64,000 nt of DNA. Source: Octopus vulgaris (taxonomy: Eukaryota). The notes beneath the pieces are model-generated. The model was not told the origin of the DNA, searched no databases, and saw only the letters and a program-made list of their open reading frames with translations. The stretch covers positions 70,742,001 through 70,806,000 of the forward strand of contig OX597816.1 in assembly GCA_951406725.2 (NCBI GenBank). The letters run 5' to 3'. The position numbers and the translations under genes were made by a program. Shown piece after piece: positions 14,214 through 26,366 of the stretch. Position 1 is the first letter of the stretch; each line of letters opens with the position of its first letter.

Positions 14214-16386
14214 CCAAAGCTGAAAAGGATCATAAGATGTAATGTTGAGTAATTTTCTGTATGGCATTAACACCTGGATCATCTGTTATTTGTAAGAGTA
14301 GAGGCCTCAGGGTTTACACCTGACTACCTGACATAAATATTTGGTGTTAACATAGAAAGATACCCCTCACCTCATCTCTCAGGAATAATGGTGGTGGACT
14401 CATTGAGTAGATAGATTATTGGAATAAGTACCTGCATATCATGTTTGTATTGTATATTATATATATCTTAATGTAGGATAAAATTTTTTTTGAAAAAAAT
14501 TCTTTTATAAAAAAAACCTTATCAATGGCCAGCATATTAAAAAATACCTTTAAAGGTTAAATTTAACGTTTATAAATTGTTTATGAATTGTATATTATAT
14601 ATATATATATATATATATATGCGGGCATGGCTGTGTAGTTAGGGAGCTTGCTTCCTAGCTACATGGTTTCGGGTTCAGTCCCACTGCATGGCACTTTGGG
14701 TAGGTGTATTCCGCTATAGCCCCGAGCCAACCGAAGCTTTGTGATTGAATTCAGCAGGCGGAAGTTACTGCCGTGTGTGTATATGTGCGTGTAGGTGCTT
14801 GTGGCTCTCCGAAAGAGAGAGAGAGAGGGATATATTTATATATATATATTTGTGTGTGTGTTTTGATAAGCTGATAGTTTCAAAAGAAAAATCTCTTTTG
14901 TGATATTTGTTCTACTTGTGCTGCACAGACAATCCCTTGCTCTAACCATCTCAAATGCAGTGAACCAATGATTGGTTAGTTGGAAACCTGTAACCAACAA
15001 CAGCAACAACGATACTTGCCACAATATCTTATTTGCAGGTTGGACAAAATGCTTAGGGGCATTTCTTCATGTCCTGAGTTCAAATTTTGCCAAGGTTGAT
15101 TTTACTTTTCATCCTTATGGGATTGATAAAAGTACCAGTTGAGCAAGGAGATCAGTGTAATTGTCTAGCCCCCACCCTTAAAAATTTCAGGCCTTGTGCC
15201 TATAGTAGAAAGTAAAAAATATCTTGTACAAAAAGCAGACATTTGTGACATGTAATTGTAATGGTCTGAAATTTCAGATTCAAAGAATATTCCAAAGTGC
15301 TATGTGCTTTAATTTGACATGTCTGCTGACAGCTGGAATGTAATCTTTCAGCTGACAGGAACATTTGGAGGAGATTCATAGGAGAAGCAAATTGTATCCC
15401 TTTTGTAAACTGCAAGGCCTCACAGACAGGCAGGTGAAATTAAATAGTGATATGTTTGTTTTGTTGGCTCTCCAAGCAAATACTAGCATTTAAATTTGAT
15501 AGCATTAATAATACTGTAATTTTTCTGTACTATTAACCTCTTGTTTAATCATAAAAAGTGTTGTAATATTTACATTTATACTATATTTAGTTTGGTTGCT
15601 CTCTGACTAATTGTGTATATGGTCTCAGACTAAATTCAATCTAGTAACCCCTGTACTTAAACTCGTGTGTGACACTCTTGTCCACTTGGCCTCTGATGCA
15701 TTTTCAATCCAGTCTAGTACTTCACACACATTCAAGAATTACAAAGCTGCCTGATGATGATCTGAGATCAAATTGAAAGAAACTTGATATGGCTATAAAT
15801 AGTCTGAATATTATAGACATAAGGCACATGATAATATGATCAAAGGTCACACTGATAAAAAATGTGTTGAAAGTTAATAATCCAGATATTTAAGACATGT
15901 GGCACTTGACGATAATCAGAAATCAAACTGATCAAAATATGGTGTAATGGTTAAGTCTGAATATTTTTCCTGCTATACACAAAAGCCAAATCCCCTTCAA
16001 ACCACACCCTAATGTGTTAAAAAGGGAAGGACACATTGCATGATATAATCTGAGATACACTGTATCTGAAAAGCAAAAAAAGATCATGGTTTGGTCACAG
16101 TTGTAATACCTGTCAAGGCCAACCCAGGGCTAAAAAGCAACAACAACAATAGCAACAATGACACTAAGTTATCAACTGTAAATATCAAGTTAGTAAGCTT
16201 ACTCGTTAGCAATTTCAAGAATGCTTGCAAATAAATTACTTATCTCATTTGTGTGTGTACGAAGAAATTAGTTACATTTCAGGCAAATAATTTATTTATC
16301 AGACTTGTGTATGTTTAAAGAAATGAGTTGGCATTATTTTTCAACCTTATCTGTAATTATTGTGTTTCTATATCTGCTGTTTTCAG

Positions 16387-16498
16387 ACTCACTGTTGGTA
16401 TAGAATATGAAACCAGTCCTGATTCATCAGCCTTGTTTTGGTTATCACCACTTCAAACTGCTGGAAAGCAGCATCCATATTTATACAGCCAATGTGAG
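16387..16498 (+). CDS. LTA4H: LTA4H-like M1 aminopeptidase, first exon visible in window (LTVGIEYETSPDSSALFWLSPLQTAGKQHPYLYSQCE)
   Basis: tttcag acceptor, gtaatt donor; peptide resembles the LTA4H segment [30 protein letters not shown]. Confidence 0.93.
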
Positions 16499-16512
16499 GT
16501 AATTTCACTTAA

Positions 16513-17021
16513 CCCTTTTGTTACCATATTTCTGCTGAAATACATTGCTTTTCGTTTTTGGATTTAGTTTGCAAGATTCTTTATATGAGTTCGTGTGTTG
16601 AAGCATATTCTTTTGTGTCTGGGAAGAGTCATTTTCTTTCTGTGCCTTATTATTTAACACACTCACCGGTAAAGTTTCCACTTATTTATTATTTTTATTT
16701 TCCTAAAATTTTCATTGCATCTTGCAACCTTTACATGCAAGACGCAACGAAAATTTTAGGAAAATAAAAATAATAAATAAGTGGAAACTTTACCGGTGAG
16801 TGTGTTAAATAATAAGGCACAGAAAGAAAATGACTCTTCCCAGACACAACAGCACATTGCCTTTGTTATTTAGGAAACTAACTTTAATCATAATTGAGCT
16901 GGTGTTTAGAGCATAAATTAACATGACATTTTGATGGGAAGTTTTAGTTTATATGACTTTAAAGCAAGAGGTTTAGATCATAGAACAAGGGCTGGCTTCG
17001 AGTGGGTTGGTATCAAAAGGG
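16513..17021. mobile_element. TTAA-flanked piggyBac-like MITE (hosts the 16553 palindrome)
   Basis: TTAA-CCCTTTTGTTACC ... GGTATCAAAAGGG-TTAA. Confidence 0.7.
16553..16853. mobile_element. Palindromic short element (~60 bp tail plus ~115 bp inverted arms); second copy at 50879-51138
   Basis: Arms ~16613-16726 and ~16736-16849 are nearly perfect inverted repeats; flanks ACATTGC(T/C)TTT at 16542 and 16854. Confidence 0.8.
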
Positions 17022-17372
17022 TTAATGTATTCATGCAGTTTTTTGTCCTTATTTTTCACAGATTTATGTAAATAAAATTACTTTTCCCTCCTCTCTGTTA
17101 GGAGGCACAAGAACTTACACTCACATGGTACACACATGACGAATACTTTCGCTTAACAAATTCAATCACAATGCTTTGATCAGCCCGAGGCTATAGCAGA
17201 AGGTGCCATGCAGTGGGACTGAACTCAAAACCACGTGACTGGGAAGCAAGCTTCCTAACTACACAGCCTTGCCTGTACCTACAAAAAGGAATATTAATAG
17301 ATAGTGGTAGCAAGTACTGTAGACTAGAATGTACATTTCTATAAGTACATCATCATCATCATTTTCCTTTAA

Positions 17373-17593
17373 CCCTTTCATTACCAACCCGGCTGAAACC
17401 AGCTCTGGCTCTGAGTACAAATGTCTTGTTTTCATAAGTTTTGAATTAAAATCTTCCATCAAACCTTTGTCACAATTTCTGTTCCTAACACTAGCTTAAT
17501 GATAACTAAGTTATTTTTTCTAAATTCTTTGTTATATTTAAAATAATTGAAAGAAACGCAGAGCATCTCAAAATAAATACAGTAACGAAAGGG
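17373..17593. mobile_element. TTAA-flanked piggyBac-like MITE, related family, opposite orientation
   Basis: TTAA-CCCTTTCATTAC ... GTAACGAAAGGG-TTAA. Confidence 0.75.
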
Positions 17594-18680
17594 TTAATGT
17601 TTGTTTTCCATACTGGCATGAACTGGACAGTTTGACAAGAGGTGAGAAGCTGCACCAGGTCCCATTCTGATTTCACTTGGTTTCTACAGCTGGATGCCTT
17701 TCCTAACGCCAACCACTTTACATTGTGCGCTTGGTGCTTTTAAAATGTCATGGGCATGAGCACTTCTGTGTGGTACTGGCACAAGTGCTCATTACATGGC
17801 ACTGACATGGGACTCTTGCAGGCCAAACCTCTTCACCAGGGGATGCAGCGTTGGCAGTAAGATCTCTACACGTTGTGTTATGTTGAAGGGATTTATCATA
17901 ATCTAGACATAAAGTATGGATGTACGGTTAAGAAGTACACTCGGCAACCATATGCTTCAAGATTTGGTCCCTCAGCACTATACCTTGGGCAATTCCCTTC
18001 TAATAAATACAGGTAGATAAATACCTATTTCTTTACTACCCACAAGGGGCTAAACACAGAGAGGACAGACAAATGGATTAAGTCGATTATATCGACCCCA
18101 GTGAGTAACTGGTACTTATGTAATCGACCCCGTAAGGATGAAACTCAAAGTCGACCTCGACAGAAATTGAACTCAGAACGTAGTGGCAGACGAAATACTG
18201 CTAAGCATTTCGCCTGGCGTGCTAACGTTTCTGCCAGCTCGCCGCCTTAACAGGTAGATAAATACCTTGTTAGTGGAATTTGGCAGACATATTTTGTAGA
18301 AGCCCATTGAGTGAGACAGACTCTGACACCAGATTATCTAAGGAAGAAATAGATGGAAAATGAAAGCTCTCTCAGCCAAACATAGGTTCAAAGAAGTTGT
18401 GAATGATGTGAATCACATAAAGAAGGAAGAATTAAAGACTTTCGGAGATTCTGTTATATAATTTTCTGTCAGCTGCAGACCAGATTTGTGGATTACTCTG
18501 GGACATAGTAGTGGAATGGTATGGTAGCTAGTCTTAAAAGTTAAAAGTCATGCCTGGAAAAAATTGAGAGCAAGAAACGATATCAGGTAACTAGAAGAGT
18601 AGCTAGGTGTCTAGCCAGAGTGGCTACAGTAAATAATTATCCAACTCATAACTGTTTCCTTTGATATCTTTACCATTTAG

Positions 18681-18749
18681 CCAATTCATGCCCGGAGTTT
18701 TGTACCCTGTCAGGATTCACCTGGAGTTAAGTTTCCTTACACAGCAAAG
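18681..18749 (+). CDS. LTA4H: LTA4H exon (PIHARSFVPCQDSPGVKFPYTAK)
   Basis: tttag/gtaagt, 69 bp, phase 0-0; PCQD-P motif of M1 peptidases. Confidence 0.95.
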
Positions 18750-20185
18750 GTAAGTAGCAATTAATTTTTCTCATCATCATCATCATCATCATCATCATCT
18801 AACATCAGCTTTCCATGCTGGCATGGGTTGGACAGTTTGACATGGAGCTGGCTAGCAGGGAGGTGCCCAGAGGCATGGTTTCTATGGCTGGATGCCCTTC
18901 CTAATGCCAACCACTTAACAGTGTGCTAGATGCTTTTTACATGCAACCAGCATGGGTGCATTTGCACAGCCCTGGCATGGGTACATTAATGCAGCACTGG
19001 CACAGGTGCTTTTAAAGCAGCATTGGCACCTGAAAAGACAAACCTGTATGTGTGGAAGACAGTGGTTTTACTTAGCTTGATGTGTCTTATCAAGTAGAAA
19101 GCCTAAGAGCATGGAGCTTACAGTTGTTTCTGTGCAGGACAAAACGTTTAGCATTTCTTCTGGCTTTACATTCTGAGTTCAAATGTCATTGAAATTGATT
19201 TTGTCTTTTTTTCTTTTGCGGGGTCATTGAAACAGGTACCAGTTAAGTACTGGTGTCAATGTAGTCAACTAGCTACCCCCAAACCAACCCAACCCAAAAG
19301 AAAAATGTCAGGCCTTGTGCCTACAGTAGAGCAATAAAAGAATTATATCCTGCAATGAAGACACATTTGTCCATTCCCAGGCAAAATCAAACTCATCATT
19401 GTCCCCACTGTGATATCTCAGCAAAATCCACACCTGGACTCAAATTACATTCATTCATCCATCCATTGCAAATAGATGCAGGATCTTTTATTTTTAATTC
19501 CCCTTTAATCCTTCATTCAAACACGTGTCGAAATCAACAGCAGTGACCATCATTATACCATTACTATTATCTGGTTGAAGGAAACTGAAAGAAGACTGGT
19601 GTGGGTGTGTGTGGGGTTTTGTTTTGTGTATCCCTGACTTGACAGTGCATGATAGTTGTAAATAGGTACCACCATCATACAAACATTGTCTTGTTTCCAA
19701 TCTTCCATGAAAACATGTCCAGTCATTGAGAAATATTAGCGTGTTTTGACACAGGTGAGGGCTGATGAGAAGAAGGGCATCCAGCTGCAGAAAATCTGTC
19801 TCAACTGATTTTGTCTTAACCCATGCAAACAGGGAACAGTGGTGGTGGTGGTGGTTGTTGTTGTTAAGGACTTTGGATTAATAGAATTGTTAGCGCATTG
19901 GACTAAATGTCTCGGGTGACTAGAGAAAGTAGAACAAGTGTGTCAGGCAGAGGTGGTATGAAACCAACAAGTTCTGAGAAGCAGAGGCCATTTTGGTAGT
20001 TGTGGTGGTGGCGGTGGAAAAAGCAAACTGAAGAGGCAGCATGTTTGTAGATCAGAAGAGAAGGACTGAATTGTTGTTGTCTCATTGCTTTTGTTATTTT
20101 GATTGTGATTTAGGATATTTGACACATGACTGAGAAAAGCTTAAATGCCATTCCAATATTTTGTTTGATGTTTTCTTCTCTGTAG

Positions 20186-20343
20186 GTGACAGTCTTAAAG
20201 GAATTTGTGGTCTTGATGAGTGCACTTCAACAGAGTTCCAATGTATGTCGATCAAATTCTTCAAAAATGGAATTCTTCTTCAAACAGCCAGTGCCAATAC
20301 CAAGTTATTTGATCGCTATTGTTGTTGGAGACTTGGCCAGTCG
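20186..20343 (+). CDS. LTA4H: LTA4H exon (VTVLKEFVVLMSA...FKQPVPIPSYLIAIVVGDLASR)
   Basis: tgtag/gtaagt, 158 bp; PIPSYLIA motif. Confidence 0.95.
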
Positions 20344-20810
20344 GTAAGTAATTTTCTTTTGGGTGTGGCTACGTGGTAAGAAGTTTGCTTCACAACCACA
20401 TAGTTCTGGGTCAAGTCCCACAATGTGACACCTTGGACAAGTGTCTTCTATTATAGCCTCAGGCTGACCAAAGCCTTGTGAGTGGATTTGGTAGACAGAA
20501 ACTGAAAGAGGCCCGTCGTATATATGTATATATCTATGTATGTGTGTGTATATGCTTGTGTGTCTGTGTTTGTCCCCCCAAACAGTAGAAGACACTTGCC
20601 CAAGGTGCCACACATCTTAAAATTTGACTGCAGCCATGCTGGAGCACTGCCTTTAGTTGAGCAAATCGACCCCAGGACTTATTCTTTGGAAGCCTAGTAC
20701 TTGTTCTATCGGTTACCTTTTGCTGAAGCGCTAAGTTACAGGGACGTAAACACACAACCATTGGTTGTCAAGCGATGTTAGTGGGGACAAACACAAACGC
20801 ACAAACATAT

Positions 20811-20854
<44 letters not shown>

Positions 20855-22453
20855 ATGATACGATGGGCTTATTTCAGTTTCTGTCTACCAAATCCACTCA
20901 CAAGGCTTTGGGTGGCCTGAGGTTATAGTAGAAGACACTTGCCCAAAGTACCACGCAGTGGGAATGAACCCGGAACCATGTGGTTGGTAAGCAAGCTACT
21001 TACCACACAGCCACTCCTGATTAATTTTTCTGCCAATGCATGCTTATTTTTAGTTATCTTTGTTATGATCTATCTGGGAAATATGTTATTAATATGTATC
21101 TGATTGCCTGTCATCATCATCATCATCATCATTTAGCTTCTGTATTCCATGTTGGCCTGGGTAGGATGGCTTAATAGGATCCGACAGGTCAAAGGACTAT
21201 GTTTAGCTCCAGTGTCTGTTCTAGAATGGTTTTTGTGACTGGATTCTCTTCCTAAAACCAACCATTGTACAGAGTCACTGGCACTAGTGAGATCACAAAG
21301 TAGCTCCCAAGACAATACCCTTTAACTGAGGTGCAGAGTAATGTTGAGAGGCCACAGATTATGATAGAGGGATAGGAATAAGTGACATGGTGTATAATTA
21401 CATAATCATTTCTAGTTATGCTCCATGTATTAAATAGTAACTATATGTAGAGCTGCTCTATGTATCTGTCTACTATTTCAGCTTAGCTTTTTAATGTTCT
21501 GTTTTTTTTTTTAAATATGCTAATAACTAACGATTAACGTATCATATGATGGGTAGTGTTGGAATGAATGTTTTACCATTGTGGGTAATATTATGTAATG
21601 TTAGTTTATATGGGTACAATGATTATAATTTTATTTTTCAAATTTCATAGTCCTTATACAAAATGAATACTAGTTTTAAAAAGATGAATATGTATTAAAT
21701 TAATTTTGAATTAAAACATCTTCCTGTTATGCGTTTGCAATAAATATATTATCAGTAAGAATAATACTGTTTAACTATGAATGACAGATGTAACATTATT
21801 TGTTTATTGTCAATGGTGGCAAAAACGTTCTCAACATTACTTGTCATATGACAGGCAATACGAGTATAAAGTAACCAAAGGAGACAAATATAATAAGGTC
21901 AGTTTTCTCCCTTAGAGGAATGGACAAACAGAGAGATGGATACCGACTGCCAGTTATATGAATAGATAACATATGTTCCTTCAATTTATGTTCATTTTCT
22001 CATGCTAGTGTAGGTTAGACAAATACATACATAGACTTCGTTTTTCATCCAAATGCTATTGTGGTTACTAACTCTTATCTGTTTTTCAAGCAATGAACCT
22101 GTTTTATCCCACTCATCTTTGAAAGTGCAGAGCTAGGGGATAATTTATTGATGAGTGATGTGAAAGTAATGTCTCCAGTGCTGAAGTTGAACCTCCTCCT
22201 TCCCCTCCCTTCTCCCACTAAGAAACCAGCTGTTCAGACCTGGAAAGGGATGGCTTTATTGGGATATGAAAAAAACCTAGGACAAGTCAAAGTTTACATC
22301 ATGTGGGTGGCTTTCAATTTCTGCAAAACTTGAGGGGGCCAATGAATAAATGTAATACATCATTTAGTGTGTTCAATCTTATTAGATTGTAGCAAATTTT
22401 GTGTTTATATATAATTCCATACTTTTTTTTTTTTCATATTTCTTTTTAACCAG

Positions 22454-22526
22454 TAACATTGGACCCCGTAGCAAAGTATGGTCAGAGACGGAATTTCTTG
22501 ACAAAGCAGCTTTTGAGTTCTCTGAG
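22454..22526 (+). CDS. LTA4H: LTA4H exon (NIGPRSKVWSETEFLDKAAFEFSE)
   Basis: accag/gtgatg, 73 bp, phase compatible with both neighbours. Confidence 0.95.
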
Positions 22527-22903
22527 GTGATGTATATATTTATATATAATATCGAGAATTATTGTCTTGCATTTTGTTCATTTTCTGTTGCTGTTGTTTA
22601 AACCCAGGCAAGCCCAGATTGAACAGACTTGTTAGGACCAAAGGCATTCCAGGCATGATCCAAGTGTTTATTTTTTTAGGGGTCTCTTATACTACATTAT
22701 AGAATCTGTGCTTCCTATTTTTTTTTGTCGGTTGTGAACTGGCCGATATTTTTAGTAGATTGCATGACTACACAGAGGCTCCTTTGTGAACTTGATTCAT
22801 TTTTATGTGTATGCAGGATGGGAAATAATAGTTAGTTTCACTGGTGGAAACCCAGTGCAGATATTAACTAATACGCAGCTAATTTTCGTGTGTGTGTGTG
22901 TGT

Positions 22904-23037
22904 AAAATTAAGATTGGCTGAGCTTTTACTCTTTTGTTTGACATGTAGTTTACGTCCCTGTTGAGCTCACCTTGCGACATCAGCATTACTGTTTGATAAA
23001 TGTACCACCCCAGCCAAACTCCTCAACTGACACTGTT
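22904..23037 (-). pseudogene. Decayed 28S (LSU) rRNA fragment
   Basis: Minus strand GGAGTTTGGCTGGGGTGGTACATTTATCAAACAGTAATGCTGATGTCGCAAGGTGAGCTC...GAGTAAAAGCTC...TCTTAATTTT is colinear with the conserved LSU segment GGAGTTTGACTGGGGCGGTACA...GGCGAGCTC...GGGCAAAAGCTC...TCTTGATTTT. Confidence 0.8.
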
Positions 23038-23083
23038 CTTGATTAAAGGTCGAGCATTGACATCTGTTAAGGTACTCAACATT

Positions 23084-23140
<57 letters not shown>

Positions 23141-23142
<2 letters not shown>

Positions 23143-23330
23143 TCGCCATGATAGATCGTTAGCCACTACACACGTTCTTTTCTCTCCTTGTTTCTTCTGT
23201 GTCCCTTTCTGTAGAAGAGCGTAGGCTCGAAACGTAAAAGACTTTTTCTATTCCTGAGCGTTATACTAATACATCTGTTTGTTTTGTACACCACCTGTCT
23301 TCGTCTTTTGTTTTTTTTGTAAACTCTCCC
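23141..23330 (+). mobile_element. Short hammerhead-like element embedded in (TA)n; copies at ~11998-12130 and ~35249-35430
   Basis: Three ~130-190 bp copies all ending CTCCC-TATA; internal CTTT-CTGTRGA-A-GAGC-N4-GCTC-GAAA-CG-TH-AAAG. Confidence 0.7.
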
Positions 23331-23363
<33 letters not shown>

Positions 23364-23604
23364 CAGGGTTTGATGAGTAAATTCTCGCCATTATATATTT
23401 TTAATTTCACACTTGCATGTTGTTTGTTTTTAATTTTGTTGAGTACACAGTACAGTAGGGTCAGTTGGGCACCATCTGTGAAAAAAACAGTGCCATGATG
23501 CAATTCACTGTCAGAAATTTTGAAACGGCATGCTATATTGTTTGGTATTTGTGCTGGAAGCTCCAATATAAACGTTTCAAAGTGTTTGGGTGTCAATCTG
23601 AGGA

Positions 23605-23701
23605 TATGTATCGAGAGTGATAAAAATCAAACATCCAGTCAACATCATGGTGTTTGGAGTGATCACTAGTGATGGCAATGTTATGCCTCCATTCATCTTC
23701 C
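23605..23701 (+). pseudogene. Tc1/mariner (maT/DD37D-like) transposase fragment
   Basis: KIKHPVNIMVFGVITSDGNVMPPFIF. Confidence 0.6.
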
Positions 23702-24216
23702 TACTACTACTACGTGTACATATTTCTTGATTTTTGCCCTTGCCAGAATGGGATAGGTAAGACTTATTAAAGCTGTTTTCTGAGGCCCAGAATAGACGAA
23801 TATGTCCTGATTACTCTTGAATACTAAACGATTCTTATTCTTGAACCGTTGTATTGGCACTCTTCAGTTCTTGAATATTTAGGTTATTACTGTATTTTCT
23901 AATTAGCGCTGCACTCATTAGTAATGTTACTTCCTTTGTTCAGATCTACTGAGGTTATTATTGTGTTATAAATATTCTTTTCAAATTTTCATTTGTGTGT
24001 GTGAGTGGGTGTACATGTTTGTACTTGAGTGTTTGCGTGTTTTTATACAGGCCTTTGTGTGTGTATGTTTTCTACTTGAATTTTAATGTTTGTGTGTTTG
24101 TACACATGCTTGTGTGTGTTTGTGCTTGAGTATATGTGTTTGTACACATGCCTGTGTGCATGTGTTTTGAGCTTGAATTTTACTATGTGTTGGTGTGTAT
24201 CTGTATATTTTGGGTT

Positions 24217-24248
<32 letters not shown>

Positions 24249-24309
24249 TAAGTATGATGCCAAATTTTATTTAATTTTCTTTTTTTTTTTTTCTGTCTTC
24301 CCCCATTAG

Positions 24310-24450
24310 ACTGAAGAGATGCTGAAAGTTGCTGAGAACCTGATGGGACCCTATGTATGGAGTCAATATGATCTTGTTGTGCTCCCACCATCTTTTCCTT
24401 ATGGTGGCATGGAAAATCCCTGCCTCACATTTGTTACCCCAACACTCTTG
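24310..24450 (+). CDS. LTA4H: LTA4H exon with GGMEN exopeptidase motif (TEEMLKVAE...[22 protein letters not shown])
   Basis: attag/gtaagc, 141 bp; GXMEN motif. Confidence 0.97.
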
Positions 24451-24562
24451 GTAAGCTCTTTATTTTATTACATTTATCTTTATTGTTATTTAGTCCCATG
24501 TCAGCCTTCATCTTACTGACCTATGATCAAAGGAGTTTCAGCTGTGATATCCTTGTATCATA

Positions 24563-24841
24563 ATCCCATGACTTTTGGAAACATTTTTTCACACTAAGAG
24601 TTGCTGAAGCATGGAACAAACTGCCTGCATCAGTTGTTAGTTGTCAGAGCACTACATCCTTCAAAACTTCCATGCTTCCTGAGATTCGCCAACACTACAC
24701 CTGATTTTCCCCGCTCCATACACACGCAAGCATGTATCTGACCCATACACTGTTCGCTTTCCAGACATTTGTACATTACTGCATATGCTTTATATGCACT
24801 TTTGACAAGCTGTGGTGCACCTGAGCACTGTATACATAATT

Positions 24842-24903
<62 letters not shown>
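24563..24903 (+). mobile_element. CR1-like LINE 3' end with (ATT)n tail
   Basis: KHFFTLRVAEAWNKLPASVVSCQSTTSFK motif, short UTR, (ATT)~19. Confidence 0.75.
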
Positions 24904-26243
24904 ATCATCATCGCTACCACCACCACCACCATTCATCTTCCTTTTCTTCTGACGCCCATCTTCTGTCCTAACCTGGGTTGTGCAGTTTGGCAGGATCTGA
25001 CATATTGAGGGCTGCATCATGCTCCATTGTCTTATTTGGCACGGTTTCAGTTGTTGGGTTCTCTTACTAATGTGATTGACTTTGTAGAAAGTACTGGACT
25101 TTTTTTTGTGTTTTCATGGCATCAGCACTAGTAAAGTTACCATGTAACTCACAAAAATAAGATCCCCTTCAAGGGGCTACTGTTTAGAGGGAGGCAGCTT
25201 TATGCTACTCAGAGAAATGGTAGAATGTGAAGGAAGGGGCTGGAACAAGTTTCTTGTTGTAGGGGAGACACATGGCTGCTTACATTACATAAGGTGTGGG
25301 TGAGATTGAAAAGAAATAAAGATGGTAGTGACAAGGAATCAGAGTGTGCTCGGGGTGGAGTGTAGTGGTGGTTGAAGAACAAAAAGAGTGGGTGGATAGA
25401 AGGCTGCGTGCCGGCAGAGACGTTAGCAAGCCGGGCGAAATGCTTAGTGGTATTTTGTCTGTCTTTATGTTCTGAGTTCAAATTCTGCTGAGGTCGACTA
25501 CGCCTTTCATCCTTTCAGGGTCGATAAATTAAGTACCATTTGCGTACTAGGGTCGATCTATTTGACTGCCCCCCCTCCCCAAAAATTTCTGGCCTTGTGC
25601 CTTGAGTAGAAAAGGATAGAATGCGTAATGTTGTATGGAGAGAATGGGGAAGAGATAGAGATGGAATAGGGGTATGAATATCCTGAATGAAGAAGAAGGG
25701 TTGAGGTAGCAGTTGGGTGGGGTTCAATGATATATATCTGGGAGTACATTATCCAATGTCTCCCTTCTTTTAAGATAAGTGGGGGCGGGGGCAGTAGTTC
25801 TTAAGCTGACTAGGTACCTACCTCCCAAAATATTTGTGAAATTTTTTTAACCCATCTTCTCTCATCTTTCATCTTTATTACTGAGAAAACAAACAATTTT
25901 ACATTTATATCATTCTTCATTTTTTTTTTGCTATGGAGTTGGACAAGTTTATAAAGTTTAAAGCAAATTCCAATTTTATTAGACATGGTAATTCATCCAT
26001 CACCCTGTCAATCATCACAGCTACCACCTGAGAGAACATTACTGTAGGGTGTGATTTAAAAGATATTTGGCTGCAATTTCTAGCAAGGAAAGAAGGAAGT
26101 GATGGTGTAGCAGTTTGCCTCATTACCTTACATTATGCAGTGTTTTGTTTTGTTTTCTTTGTAAAATGGTGTGTTGTGATGTAAGGGATATTTCTAAATG
26201 AGTTCTGAGACTGTAAAGGTTTTTCCATTTTTCTTTTATTTAG

Positions 26244-26338
26244 GCTGGAGATAAATCACTAGCTAATGTTATTGCACATGAAATATCTCACAGTTGGACT
26301 GGTAACTTGGTCACTAATTCTACATTTGAACATTTCTG
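26244..26338 (+). CDS. LTA4H: LTA4H exon with zinc-binding HEISH ([31 protein letters not shown])
   Basis: tttag/gtaagt, 95 bp; HEXXH motif. Confidence 0.97.
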
Positions 26339-26366
26339 GTAAGTTGATGAGTGTTGCTTTTCTGTT

